Source of the DNA: a virus | Strand: one strand, 5' to 3' | IMG/VR virus record: IMGVR_UViG_3300022745_000025 | Span: 7,012-71,011 of that record | Length of the DNA: 64,000 nt | Part shown: positions 1 to 9,619 of the stretch, piece after piece | Layout of the letters: each line of letters starts with the position of its first letter | Numbering within the stretch: the stretch's first letter is position 1 | Notes under the pieces: model-generated | Seen by the model: only the letters and a program-made list of their open reading frames with translations | The model's database searches: none | Told to the model about the DNA's origin: nothing | Made by a program: the position numbers and the translations under genes

Positions 1-60
1 CACGCCGGTTTGCGCCGGTGAGGTGGTTTTCCAAGGCTCGAAAACAAGAGGAAATGCGCT

Positions 61-1494
61 ATGGACGCACCCAACGAGCAAGAGCAGACGTGCGTCTGCT
101 GCGGTCAAACCAAACCCCTTGGTCTATTCGGATCCTACTTTGCTAAGGGCGTACGTAAGTACAAGCTCAAGTGCAAAGAATGTCTGATGGCGTACCAACG
201 GGAGTACATGGCCAAGAAGCGTGCCGTAAGGGACGCCGAGAAGCCAAAAAAGCCACCAGTCCGCCTCTATGACGCTCATGGGAACGTGACGGATAAGTTG
301 TGCAAGGGGTGTGGGCAGTACAAGCCGCTTGCAGAGTTCAACGCCAACTCACGCAGCGCGGACAAGCGCACAAGTTACTGCAGCGAGTGTGACAAGGAGA
401 AGGCCAGGCAGTGGCGGTTGGCCAATGTCGAACGCTCACGTGCCTCTGTTAAGGCGTACCAGGCGGCACACAAAGACGAGGTGAAGGCGCGCAAAGATGC
501 TTGGCGCACGGAGAACAAGGAACACCTTCGAGCCTGGCGTCGGGCCCACTACGAAAAGAACAAGGAGGTGATCCGTCAGTACATGCGTGAGTGGGCGCAG
601 AGGAACCCCGGTAAGGTGGCCGACGCACGTGAGCGCCAGCGAATTAAGTACCAGGCGCGGGTGGAGGCTGATCGACAAATGGCCACCATCATGGATGTAC
701 CCCTGCCGGAGTGGCGCAGATCTGAGCTTCAACCGCATTGGGATGCTCAAAAAGTGCGGTGGGAATTGGACTACCAAAATACGTGGCGCAAGGCAAATCC
801 GGATAAAGTTCGCGCAAGCATGCTTCGCTGCAGGGAAGGGCGTATTGACGAACTTCGGGCGAAATGGAGGGAGAAGGCCGCAGCTTGGCGGGCTACGCCG
901 GAAGGCAAGAAGAAGAACCGAGAGAGGGCGGCCAAATGGCGGCTGGAGAACCCCGATAAGTACAGGGAAGGATACCAGTCGTACTACCGCACCAACACTG
1001 AGAAAGTTGCCTTGAGTAAGCGCCGGTGGGTAGAGCAGAACTGGGAGCACAGCAGGAACCAACAACGCGAGTACCGCAGCAAGCCCGGCGTGGCAGAGCG
1101 TCGACAGCGCCTGCACGCGCAGTGGGCTGCCAAAAACATGGAGCGCATCAAGCATCACCGCATGAGGCGGCGTGGTCGTCGTCTGCCGTGGGTGTCTCAA
1201 CTGGACTTATTGCCCGCCTACTGGGAAGCTAGACGACTGTCTCGCAAAACAGGCATCAAGCACGAGGTGGACCACATATACCCTCTGCTTTCGGAGTACG
1301 TATGCGGTCTGGATGTTCCCGCCAATCAGCGGGTCATCACACAGTACGAGAACAGGTCGAAGGGCAACAAGATACTGGATTGCCTGCTGCCAGAGATGTG
1401 CGACGTCGCTCCGTGGCACGTCCACGTAACGGCAGAGGAGCAACAACAGGTGCCGCTGCACGCAGACACTTTGAAACGGACTACCTATGCTTGA
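61..1494 (+). CDS. HNH endonuclease with N-terminal Cys motifs and long helical W/Y-x3-N repeat region
   Basis: C-terminal HEVDHIYPL...CGLDVPANQRVITQYENRSKGN HNH motif; CxxC pairs (CVCC, CKEC, CKGC, CSEC); stop overlaps the terminase start. Confidence 0.8.
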   Translation: MDAPNEQEQTCVCCGQTKPLGLFGSYFAKGVRKYKLKCKECLMAYQREYMAKKRAVRDAEKPKKPPVRLYDAHGNVTDKLCKGCGQYKPLAEFNANSRSADKRTSYCSECDKEKARQWRLANVERSRASVKAYQAAHKDEVKARKDAWRTENKEHLRAWRRAHYEKNKEVIRQYMREWAQRNPGKVADARERQRIKYQARVEADRQMATIMDVPLPEWRRSELQPHWDAQKVRWELDYQNTWRKANPDKVRASMLRCREGRIDELRAKWREKAAAWRATPEGKKKNRERAAKWRLENPDKYREGYQSYYRTNTEKVALSKRRWVEQNWEHSRNQQREYRSKPGVAERRQRLHAQWAAKNMERIKHHRMRRRGRRLPWVSQLDLLPAYWEARRLSRKTGIKHEVDHIYPLLSEYVCGLDVPANQRVITQYENRSKGNKILDCLLPEMCDVAPWHVHVTAEEQQQVPLHADTLKRTTYA

Positions 1495-3178
1495 TCCAAT
1501 CTCTCACCACCACCTTCAGCGCCTCAAAACGGCGACCACAGACCGAGTCAGCCGCACTCAACTGAGTCACTGGATTGCACGCGAGACGACCCTGAATGGA
1601 CGCCCGTACAGCTTCAAGACGCACTGGTACCAGGAAAAGCTCCTGAATGACCCATCCACCGACATCGCCATTGTCAAACCGGCACAAATTGGTGCTAGTG
1701 AGTTGTCAATGCGTTGGATCTTGGCGCTTGTGATGACTACGCCGGAGGCGATGAGGGTGGGGTACACCTTCCCAACCTACACGGCAGCCACCAATTTCGC
1801 CCGCACCCGCTTTTCCAACATCATTGAGGGTTGTCAGGCGGCCAAGGCGGCGATGAACACCAGTGACATCGATACCGTCGACCTGAAGACGTTCGGAGAG
1901 AATCGAGAGATTCACTTTCGAGGAGCTGCGGTGGGAAACGCCGCCATTTCCACGACTCTTGACCTGCTAGTGCATGATGAGCTTAGTTTTAGTGCTCCTG
2001 AAATTATAGCAGCTTACACCAGTCGAACTCAGGCGTCGAAGCACAAAGGTCGCATCGTGTTCTCCACACCAACGTGGCCGGGGGACAGTATCACAACAGA
2101 GCTGGCCAGCTCGCGTCGGAACATGCTGATGTGCCGCTGCCAGCATTGCAACAACGTGTTCTACCCGAATTACTGGCAGCACGTGAAGATCCCCGGCTAC
2201 GACAAGGACTTATCCGAGATCACCAAGGACAACCTCCACAAGATCCGGTGGCAAGAGGCTGCGCTGCTGTGCCCGTCGTGCGGGAAGCCGGCGGACTTGG
2301 AGAAGGAACACCGGGAATGGGTGATTGAGAACCCCGGCGAGAACCACACCACGTCCGGGTACAAGTTGAGCCCGTTCGACCTACCGGCTATTGTCACCCC
2401 GTCGAGCCTGATCAAGGGTTACACGAACTACGGTAACAAGACCCTTTTCCAGCAATTCGCCCTTGGGGAACCTGCGGAGGACAAGGAGCAGGGGTACACC
2501 GAGGAGGAGCTGGAGGCCGCAGGTGTTCAGTTGGCGCAAAGCCCGTTCCGACAGCACTTCTTAGGCTTAGACCTTGGTCTATACTGTCACGCCATGGTCG
2601 GCGGCCTGGATCACGAAGGTCGGCTTGGTGTGGTACACATGGAGAGGATACACCTGAGCAACGTTCGGGAGCGCTTGTCGGCCTTGACGGCGGAGTACCG
2701 GATCGTGCTACACGTGTCAGACCAGCAGCCGTACGTCGACCTCATCATGAGTCTGACAGATGAGTACCCAAACCTGTACGGCGGTATGTTCGTGACAAAG
2801 CAGGGCCTTGATTTGTTTGAGGTCCGGGTCAGAGAAGATAACCCCGACAAAGCCCAACTCAACGTCAGGCAGGTTTCACTCAACCGCGACGCTCTATTGG
2901 ACAAGTTGCTTGCAGAGATGCGCTTGGGGAACATCTGGGTGCGCAAAACGGACGAGTGGCCGATCTTCAAGGCCCACATGCAAGACATGAAGCGGGCGAG
3001 CGCCACCCTAAGGAACGGCGAGTTCAAGTCATCCTGGGTCAAGTCGGCCAAAGGCAACGACCACTATACGTTCTCCCTGCTTTTCCTCTATGTTGCCGCC
3101 CAGATGCGCGGATTGGCGTCCTTCAACCTGCCTTCGGTGCCGGGCGTCATGAAATTCAAGTTGAAAACAAGCGTGTAG
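1487..3178 (+). CDS. terL: Terminase large subunit (lambda GpA-like)
   Basis: Walker A-like VKPAQIGASE, Walker B LLVHDE, CxCxxC/CPSC zinc motifs, nuclease DLG motif; lies directly before portal. Confidence 0.9.
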   Translation: MLDPISHHHLQRLKTATTDRVSRTQLSHWIARETTLNGRPYSFKTHWYQEKLLNDPSTDIAIVKPAQIGASELSMRWILALVMTTPEAMRVGYTFPTYTAATNFARTRFSNIIEGCQAAKAAMNTSDIDTVDLKTFGENREIHFRGAAVGNAAISTTLDLLVHDELSFSAPEIIAAYTSRTQASKHKGRIVFSTPTWPGDSITTELASSRRNMLMCRCQHCNNVFYPNYWQHVKIPGYDKDLSEITKDNLHKIRWQEAALLCPSCGKPADLEKEHREWVIENPGENHTTSGYKLSPFDLPAIVTPSSLIKGYTNYGNKTLFQQFALGEPAEDKEQGYTEEELEAAGVQLAQSPFRQHFLGLDLGLYCHAMVGGLDHEGRLGVVHMERIHLSNVRERLSALTAEYRIVLHVSDQQPYVDLIMSLTDEYPNLYGGMFVTKQGLDLFEVRVREDNPDKAQLNVRQVSLNRDALLDKLLAEMRLGNIWVRKTDEWPIFKAHMQDMKRASATLRNGEFKSSWVKSAKGNDHYTFSLLFLYVAAQMRGLASFNLPSVPGVMKFKLKTSV

Positions 3179-3214
3179 GGGGATTGACTTTCGCCCATGA
3201 CCCTTCCAGTCTGG
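3178..3214 (+). promoter_or_regulatory. Putative late promoter copy 1 (before portal)
   Basis: GGGGGA TTGACT-17bp-CAGTCT GG. Confidence 0.75.
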
Positions 3215-3221
3215 ATCGGAA

Positions 3222-4757
3222 ATGGGCATCCTCAACACCGTCTTCGGCTATTTTCTGCCTGAAAAACAGGCAGCAACGCAGCTTCCCAACTTTGAACCGC
3301 CCAAGGTCAAGCCGGGAAGCAGTGCTTTGCCGTCCAGCGTCAAGCGTTCCAGCACACGCGGGACGTCCAAGCTCCAAGAGACGGACCGACGGGTAGCCAC
3401 AACGGACCTGCTGTCGTTGCGCAGCGGTACGTCCACCAAAAAGGTCGTTCATGACCTGGCGACGGTCACTCCGGACTTGTCGGCCTCGATCAACGCCTAC
3501 TTGCGCTTGGCGGTGACGCCGGAGTTCACGGCGATTGCCCGCAATCAGGATGGCACGGCCAACCCCGAGGCGACAGCGGCGTTGCAGCAGGTGTTGAACC
3601 GGTTCAACAGCCTCCAAGACTACGTTCAGGGGTTCAGCGAGATTCGCTCTGTGCACTCCGTGGCGGAGGCCATGGTCAAGGAATTGCGCATGTACGGCTC
3701 CTGCTCGATGGAGTTGGTGCTGGACAAGGCGCGTCTGCCCTACAAGTTGCAGCCGATTTCGACCACGCAGATTGGTTGGAAGGACGACGGGAAGCAGGTC
3801 TTCCCCTTCCAGAAGCCCGCCAGCGGCGATGACATCGATCTGGACATTCCGACGTTCTTCTATGAGGAGTTGGACAGCGACCTGACCAACGCGTTCTCTG
3901 TCAGCCCCATGGAAGCGGCTGTTCAGGCGACCTTGGCCGACCAAGAATTCACGAACGACATCCGGCGCGTGATCAAGCGGGCGCTGCACCCGCGGATGAC
4001 GGGCTCGATTGACTTTGAGCAGTTCCGCAAGAGCCTGCCTCCGGACGTTTCGGCGGACCCGAAGGCGTTTCAGGAGTACCAGAACCAATTCCTGACGGCC
4101 ATTCAGGATCAGGTGAACGGGCTGGAGCCCGACGACGTACTGGTGTTCTTCAACACACTGCAGTTTGAGTACCTGTCTCGCGGCAACGAGTCGCTGGAGC
4201 GGGAGTACAGCACGCTGCAGAACATCCTGAACTCCAAGATGGCGGCCGGCGCGAAGGTGCCCGGGGCGGTTTTGGGTCATGGGGCGGGCAGCCAGAACAT
4301 CGCGTCGACGGAGTCCGCGCTGTTCGTGAAGTACGCGCTGGGCACGCAGCTGCATGTCAACAGCATCCTTTCTCGGGCGCTGACGATGGCGGTGCGCCTG
4401 TTGGGTCACGATGCCTATGTTGAGTTCGCCTTCCAGAAGCCGGATTTGCGCCCTGACATCGAGCTCGAAGCCTTCAAGACCATGAAGCAGGAGCGCACGC
4501 TGGAGTTGTTGTCGCTGGGCTTGATCAGCGACGAAGAGGCGTCCATCACATTGACGGGCAAGTTGCCGCCGAAGGGCGCCCAGAAGCTCTCCGGCACAGG
4601 CTTCAAGGGCAAGTCTGCAGGCGGCGACATCAACGCCAACCCCTACAGCACCACCGGCAGCCCGGGAAGCAGCCAGTCCACCAAGGACAAGGCCAACGCG
4701 CCGGATACACCCACTCAAAGCAAGGGCCCGGCAGCGTCGTTGGTCCGCGTGATCTAA
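3222..4757 (+). CDS. Portal protein
   Basis: 511 aa; lies between terminase and head protease; helical composition typical of portals. Confidence 0.75.
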   Translation: MGILNTVFGYFLPEKQAATQLPNFEPPKVKPGSSALPSSVKRSSTRGTSKLQETDRRVATTDLLSLRSGTSTKKVVHDLATVTPDLSASINAYLRLAVTPEFTAIARNQDGTANPEATAALQQVLNRFNSLQDYVQGFSEIRSVHSVAEAMVKELRMYGSCSMELVLDKARLPYKLQPISTTQIGWKDDGKQVFPFQKPASGDDIDLDIPTFFYEELDSDLTNAFSVSPMEAAVQATLADQEFTNDIRRVIKRALHPRMTGSIDFEQFRKSLPPDVSADPKAFQEYQNQFLTAIQDQVNGLEPDDVLVFFNTLQFEYLSRGNESLEREYSTLQNILNSKMAAGAKVPGAVLGHGAGSQNIASTESALFVKYALGTQLHVNSILSRALTMAVRLLGHDAYVEFAFQKPDLRPDIELEAFKTMKQERTLELLSLGLISDEEASITLTGKLPPKGAQKLSGTGFKGKSAGGDINANPYSTTGSPGSSQSTKDKANAPDTPTQSKGPAASLVRVI

Positions 4758-4766
4758 GGAGAGACG

Positions 4767-6251
4767 ATGGCCATCGAGATCGACAAGTACTGGGCGAGCA
4801 CCGAAGAGACCCTGAACCAGCACATGCTGAATTTGGCTGTGACCATGAAGCATGGCTACCAGCCCGGTTCGCAGGCGCAGCAAGAGGACAAGTCCCGGCT
4901 GCTGGATGTGCAAGGCAGCGTAGGCGTCATCAGCATCCGCGGTGCCCTGACCAACCGCGACGCTGGTTACGGCTCCTACGAGACAACCTACCCCGAAATC
5001 CGCCAAGCCCTCATCCAGGCGGCCGCTGACCCGGCGGTCAAGGCTGTGGTGATGGACATCAGCTCCGGCGGTGGCTCGGTGGCGGGCGTCAGCGACACCG
5101 GCAAGTTGATCCGGACGGTTGACGGCATCAAGCCGGTCTACGCTTTCTCCGACTCGATGATGGCTTCGGCTGCGTACTGGTTGGGCTCGTCAGCCCGCAA
5201 GGTTTACGCCTCCGAGATGGCCGAGGTGGGGTCCATTGGCGTGATCACGACCCACATGTCCATGCACCGCCTGTACACCGAGATGGGCATTGACCCCACG
5301 GTGATCCGCGCCGGTGAGTACAAGGCTTTGGGACACCCTATGGAGCCCTTGTCCGACAAGGCCAAGGCGACGATTCAGGGCCAGCTGGACCAGATGTACG
5401 GCATGTTTGCCGGCTACGTCGCCGAGCGACGCGGTATGAACATCGACACGTTCAACAAGACGGCCGGCGAGGGTCGCGTGTTCATCGGTGCCAAGGGAGT
5501 TGAGGCCGGCCTGCTGGATGGCGTGACGAGCTTCGACAAGCTGATCTCCCGCGTGGAATCCGATATCCAACCTGAGCCACGGAACGCGTTTACGCGCATG
5601 TCTGCGCCCCAAAACGCCGTTGCACAAGCCTCTGCAGAAATTTTTGCAGCAGGGGGGATTGCTTTTTCTCAAAACCCTCTCCAGTCTGGATCGAACGTCA
5701 TTCAAGGTACCACCATGAAGAAAGCCCTCACTGAACAGCAATTGGCCGCACTGGCCGAAGGCGCCGGTGCAGCCGTAGAGGCTTCCATCGAGCAGCCTGA
5801 GCAAGCAGCTGCCCCCGCAGCGGAAGCCTCTCAAGCCGAACCGGAAGCCGCACAGGCGCCCGAAGCCGCCGCCGCCGCTCCCGAAACATCCATCGTCCAA
5901 GTCCTGCAGGCGCAGTTGCAAGCCTCTCAGGACAAGGTCATCGAGCTGTCCGTCGAGATGAAGTCTATGAAGGCTGAGCTCGAGGGCGCCAAGAACGCAA
6001 ACGCAGGTCTGCGCTCCATTGCACAGGCCAGCATTGACCGCATGAAAGTGGCTCTGGGCATGCCCGGTGGCGTGGCCGCAGCCAACGACGAGGCCTTGTT
6101 GGCCGAGCACGGCACTCTGCGCTCGACTTTCGAGGCCAAGTTCAAGTCTGGCGGTGTTGCAGCGGTTTCCGCTGCAGCGCCTCAGGAAGGGGCAGTCTCG
6201 CAGCCGGATCCGGCTCGTCAGGCCCGTATTCAAGCGACTCGCCTCAAGTAA
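4767..6251 (+). CDS. S49-family capsid maturation protease with C-terminal scaffold region
   Basis: MDISSGGGSV, MASAAYWLGS, EVGSIGV, AGEYK motifs of SppA/lambda gpC; acidic Ala-rich coiled-coil tail. Confidence 0.9.
   Translation: MAIEIDKYWASTEETLNQHMLNLAVTMKHGYQPGSQAQQEDKSRLLDVQGSVGVISIRGALTNRDAGYGSYETTYPEIRQALIQAAADPAVKAVVMDISSGGGSVAGVSDTGKLIRTVDGIKPVYAFSDSMMASAAYWLGSSARKVYASEMAEVGSIGVITTHMSMHRLYTEMGIDPTVIRAGEYKALGHPMEPLSDKAKATIQGQLDQMYGMFAGYVAERRGMNIDTFNKTAGEGRVFIGAKGVEAGLLDGVTSFDKLISRVESDIQPEPRNAFTRMSAPQNAVAQASAEIFAAGGIAFSQNPLQSGSNVIQGTTMKKALTEQQLAALAEGAGAAVEASIEQPEQAAAPAAEASQAEPEAAQAPEAAAAAPETSIVQVLQAQLQASQDKVIELSVEMKSMKAELEGAKNANAGLRSIAQASIDRMKVALGMPGGVAAANDEALLAEHGTLRSTFEAKFKSGGVAAVSAAAPQEGAVSQPDPARQARIQATRLK
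5652..5689 (+). promoter_or_regulatory. Putative late promoter copy 2 (inside protease gene)
   Basis: GGGGGGA TTGCTT-17bp-CAGTCT GG. Confidence 0.7.
5715..6251 (+). CDS. Nested in-frame scaffold protein (lambda Nu3-like)
   Basis: In-frame ATG (MKKALTEQ) preceded by AAGG and by promoter copy 2. Confidence 0.65.
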   Translation: MKKALTEQQLAALAEGAGAAVEASIEQPEQAAAPAAEASQAEPEAAQAPEAAAAAPETSIVQVLQAQLQASQDKVIELSVEMKSMKAELEGAKNANAGLRSIAQASIDRMKVALGMPGGVAAANDEALLAEHGTLRSTFEAKFKSGGVAAVSAAAPQEGAVSQPDPARQARIQATRLK

Positions 6252-6264
6252 GGAGTAACTCACC

Positions 6265-6747
6265 ATGGCGAAATTCAAGTTCGGACCCTTGGTCGATTCG
6301 ACCGAAGTCATCACTGCCCGTACCGCTGACGGTACTGGCGCATCCAACCAACTGCTGGACGCCGACACCGGCAAGTTCCTGAAGCTCAAAGGCGACAGCC
6401 AGTACGGTCTGTGCGCTGTGGGCGACGAGATCGAGGGCGTGTTGGTAGCCGCCAACTATCCCGCTCCCGCCGACGGCTACAACCTCGGCTCTGTGGCAGT
6501 TGAAGGACGCGTTCGCGTGACTCTGGACGGTCTGCAGGCTACGCCCGGCACCGGTGTGATCGCTGTTGGCGACTACGTTGTGTGTGGCACCGTTGTCGCA
6601 CGCGGCACCGCTCTGGGCACCGGTGTGTACCCCAAGGTCTGCAAGGCTACTGCCGCTGGCAACACCTTGAACTTCAAGTGGCGCGTGGTGTCTCTGGATG
6701 GCACGACCGCAGTGGGTCAAACCGCTGTGATCGAGTCCCTCTGCTGA
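6265..6747 (+). CDS. Head decoration/cement protein (putative)
   Basis: 160 aa, Gly/Val/Thr-rich, between protease and capsid; GGAG RBS. Confidence 0.6.
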   Translation: MAKFKFGPLVDSTEVITARTADGTGASNQLLDADTGKFLKLKGDSQYGLCAVGDEIEGVLVAANYPAPADGYNLGSVAVEGRVRVTLDGLQATPGTGVIAVGDYVVCGTVVARGTALGTGVYPKVCKATAAGNTLNFKWRVVSLDGTTAVGQTAVIESLC

Positions 6748-6789
6748 TCAGCGGCGCAGCTCAACAACAAGAACAACAGGAGTAACTCC

Positions 6790-7965
6790 ATGAGCCTCGT
6801 TTACATCGCCGCAAACGGCGACAAGTTGCCAGTCGACCTGTCGCTGGATCTGTACAAAGACGCCGCAGACGCGGGTCAAAGCCTGCCTCAGCTGCTGGCC
6901 AATCGCTACCCCACCAACGCCGAAAAGCATGGCTCGACCTATGAGCAGCTGATGGAACAGTGTGGTGTGTTCGTCAAGGGCAACAAGGAATTCGGCATCC
7001 GCGCAAGCACGATGCAAGAAGTCCTGGCACCCAAGGAAGCCAACGGCCTGATCACACGCGAAGGCATCCCCGCATCGCGCATTCTGTTCCCTGCCACCAT
7101 TCTCGGCATCATCGAGAACAAGCTGGCTGTGGACCTGACCTCTGACGCCGACGCCTTCAACGGCTTGGTGGCTCAGGACGACACCATCGCTACCGACAAG
7201 TTCGAGCGCCCTGTGCTCAACTTCTCCGAAGCTGAAAAGGGTCGTGCGATGCCTGTGGCCCAGTTGGCCAAGCCCCAGACCATGCTGAGCATCACTGCCA
7301 GCGACAAGTCGATGCGTATCCCCACGTGGGGTATCGGTATGGAGATCTCCGAGCAAGCCTTGGCCTCCACACCTATCGACCTGGTAGGTCTGGCCATGGC
7401 TCGTCAAGCCGCTGTGGAGAAGAACGAACGTGCCCACAACTTCATCCTGTCCCTGTTGAACGGTGACGTGGATCTGGGTATGGCCGCTCTGAGCACCATC
7501 TCCAACAAGGTCGTGACCGCTGTGTCTCTGGACAGCACCTCCACCACCGGCATCAGCCACAAGGCTTGGATCAAGTGGCTGGGCACCAACAGCAAGAAGC
7601 GCAAGATCACCCACGTGGTGACCGACGTTGAAGGCATGTTGGCCATCGAGCTGCGCTCCGGTCGCCCCAACTACAGCGACAACATCAACGGTGTGACTCA
7701 ACGCACCAACACCACCTTCAATGTGGCCAACCCCAAGTGGGAAAGCAACGTGACGGTGATCCTGATCGAAAACGCCAGCTGGCCTGCCGGCACCATCATG
7801 GGCGTCGACGCACGTTACGGCGTGCACCGCGTGTCCAGCCTGATGGCCCAGTACAGCGCCGTCGAGCAGTTCGCCCTGCGCCGTGCCACTGCCCTGCGCG
7901 TGGACTCCGGCGAGATGGCTTACCGCCTGTTCGACGAGGCGTTCGAGGTTCTGACCTACTCCTGA
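6790..7965 (+). CDS. Major capsid protein
   Basis: 391 aa, strongly biased codons, strong RBS, followed by an intrinsic terminator; position in head module. Confidence 0.8.
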   Translation: MSLVYIAANGDKLPVDLSLDLYKDAADAGQSLPQLLANRYPTNAEKHGSTYEQLMEQCGVFVKGNKEFGIRASTMQEVLAPKEANGLITREGIPASRILFPATILGIIENKLAVDLTSDADAFNGLVAQDDTIATDKFERPVLNFSEAEKGRAMPVAQLAKPQTMLSITASDKSMRIPTWGIGMEISEQALASTPIDLVGLAMARQAAVEKNERAHNFILSLLNGDVDLGMAALSTISNKVVTAVSLDSTSTTGISHKAWIKWLGTNSKKRKITHVVTDVEGMLAIELRSGRPNYSDNINGVTQRTNTTFNVANPKWESNVTVILIENASWPAGTIMGVDARYGVHRVSSLMAQYSAVEQFALRRATALRVDSGEMAYRLFDEAFEVLTYS

Positions 7966-7979
7966 TAGGTCTGAATGAG

Positions 7980-8006
7980 GAGGGCGGCTTTGGCCGCCCT
8001 CTTTTT
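7980..8006 (+). terminator. Intrinsic terminator after capsid gene
   Basis: GAGGGCGGC-TTTG-GCCGCCCTC followed by TTTTT. Confidence 0.85.
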
Positions 8007-8030
8007 CTCCACCACCGCAAGGAAACCAAA

Positions 8031-8270
8031 ATGAGTGACGTAGACACCGCCAAGACTGACCACGTGCAGCCGGAAACCACATCAGGGAAGCCACCCAAAG
8101 CAACGAAAGAAGCAAAGCCAAAGGTTGCTCGCGTGCGCTCTCTCGTCGGCGACTTCCTGATCCTGCACAGCAACACCCGCATCGGCGACGGCGAGGAGAA
8201 GAAGGTCGAGATCGACCCTTGGGTCCAGCTTCAGATCGATTCAGGCAAGCTCGAAATCGTGGTCGACTAA
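8031..8270 (+). CDS. Hypothetical protein (head module)
   Basis: AAGGA RBS and ATG at 8031; the longer track ORF start is rejected. Confidence 0.6.
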   Translation: MSDVDTAKTDHVQPETTSGKPPKATKEAKPKVARVRSLVGDFLILHSNTRIGDGEEKKVEIDPWVQLQIDSGKLEIVVD

Positions 8271-8291
8271 TACCCTTGGCGGGGTTTCGGC

Positions 8292-8786
8292 ATGGCTTTG
8301 ACACCTTACTGCACCAACGACGAAGTTCGTGCTGTCCTCGGTATCACGCAGAGTGAGATCAAGGACGAAGTGCTGGACTTGCCCATCTACGAGATGGGCT
8401 TGAAGCGAGAACTCAACCGGATCTCGCCGTCACTGCCTGCCGCTTTTTCCACCGTCAATGGGCTGTCCGCCCTGACCAGTGCGGAGCAGACCTTCAAGGA
8501 AGCTGTTCAGGTCTTCTCCGTCTACGCGGTGGCGCGACAGGCGGGAGCTCCACTTGGCCTTTCCGCGCCAAAGAGCCTCAATGACGACAAGTCCGGGTTC
8601 AGCCGATACGCAGATTCACCATACCGTGACGTCCTCGAACGAGTCGACATGATGTTCCAACAGGCGCGGCAAGACCTTGTGGATGCTTTCGCCGCCTACG
8701 CTGGGGCGACTTCAGCGGCATTCTCCGGAATGCCCGCTGGACTCGCCTTGTCGAGCCGATCCTATGACCCTGTAACCGGAGCGTGA
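8292..8786 (+). CDS. Head-tail adaptor (putative)
   Basis: YCTNDEVRAVLG N-terminus typical of head-tail connector proteins; gene order. Confidence 0.55.
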   Translation: MALTPYCTNDEVRAVLGITQSEIKDEVLDLPIYEMGLKRELNRISPSLPAAFSTVNGLSALTSAEQTFKEAVQVFSVYAVARQAGAPLGLSAPKSLNDDKSGFSRYADSPYRDVLERVDMMFQQARQDLVDAFAAYAGATSAAFSGMPAGLALSSRSYDPVTGA

Positions 8787-9619
8787 CCATGGAGCTGGTC
8801 GACGTCGCCAGCTTCTTTGACAAGATCCCTGCGCGGGATCCAGTCTCTGGCGCTTTGCTGTTTCACTGCCAGATCCTGGCCTTCGACGAGAGCAAGCGGG
8901 ACGCCTACACGGCCTACCGCCGTATCCTTTCTGTCCACCCAGACACAGTGGTTCCGGTGGGCCGGGTCATCAGCGCCTACGGCACCAAATGGATGATCGG
9001 TGAGGGACAATCTGACGGCTGGGAGAATGAACACCGCCGCAAACATGTGCTCCATAAAGTGACAGGTCAGGTGTCTGTGTACCGCCTGTCAGGCTTCCTC
9101 ACCGGTACACCTGCTGCACAGGTGTGGGGCGATATACAGTGGGTTGCGGACAAGAAAGAGATGGAGGTTTCCAGCCGGACCCCACAGAAGTTCGCCGCCA
9201 TCCTGCCGTCCAGCACCACAGTCCAGTTGGGCGATGTGATCGTTCTGGGTGAAACAACCGTTTTGGTGGGTGCACGTACCGCCCACGCCTCAGGGTTCGT
9301 GCAGGCTGAGGGCACGGAGCAGTGGATGCCTGACGCGGCGTCCGTCACCCTGACCACCCGCACATACTCCCCGGCGGCCGGCGGCTACACCAGTCCGACG
9401 AACACTACCGTCAGTGCGTGGCGTGTGCGGTGGCAGGATATGTTTGCGTACGATGACCAGCTCGACGAGCGTTACCAAGAGGGCGATTGCACCTGGGTGC
9501 TGCCAGCCTCTGCCACCGTGTCCACCGCCACAGAGATTACCTACGGCGCGTTCAAGTACACCGTGCTGGCCATCCGCGAAGAGTTTGGCTGCAAGTTGAT
9601 CCACGCGAGGCAGCGGTGA
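8783..9619 (+). CDS. Virion protein, putative head closure
   Basis: Coupled ORF in neck module; beta-rich sequence. Confidence 0.45.
   Translation: MTMELVDVASFFDKIPARDPVSGALLFHCQILAFDESKRDAYTAYRRILSVHPDTVVPVGRVISAYGTKWMIGEGQSDGWENEHRRKHVLHKVTGQVSVYRLSGFLTGTPAAQVWGDIQWVADKKEMEVSSRTPQKFAAILPSSTTVQLGDVIVLGETTVLVGARTAHASGFVQAEGTEQWMPDAASVTLTTRTYSPAAGGYTSPTNTTVSAWRVRWQDMFAYDDQLDERYQEGDCTWVLPASATVSTATEITYGAFKYTVLAIREEFGCKLIHARQR

Noticed and set aside
3156-8304. Long antisense ORFs (616, 421, 518 aa) opposite portal, protease and capsid
   Set aside because: Shadow frames of high-GC codon-biased genes; no motifs or RBS. The same applies to antisense ORFs over the tape measure, polA and sbcC.
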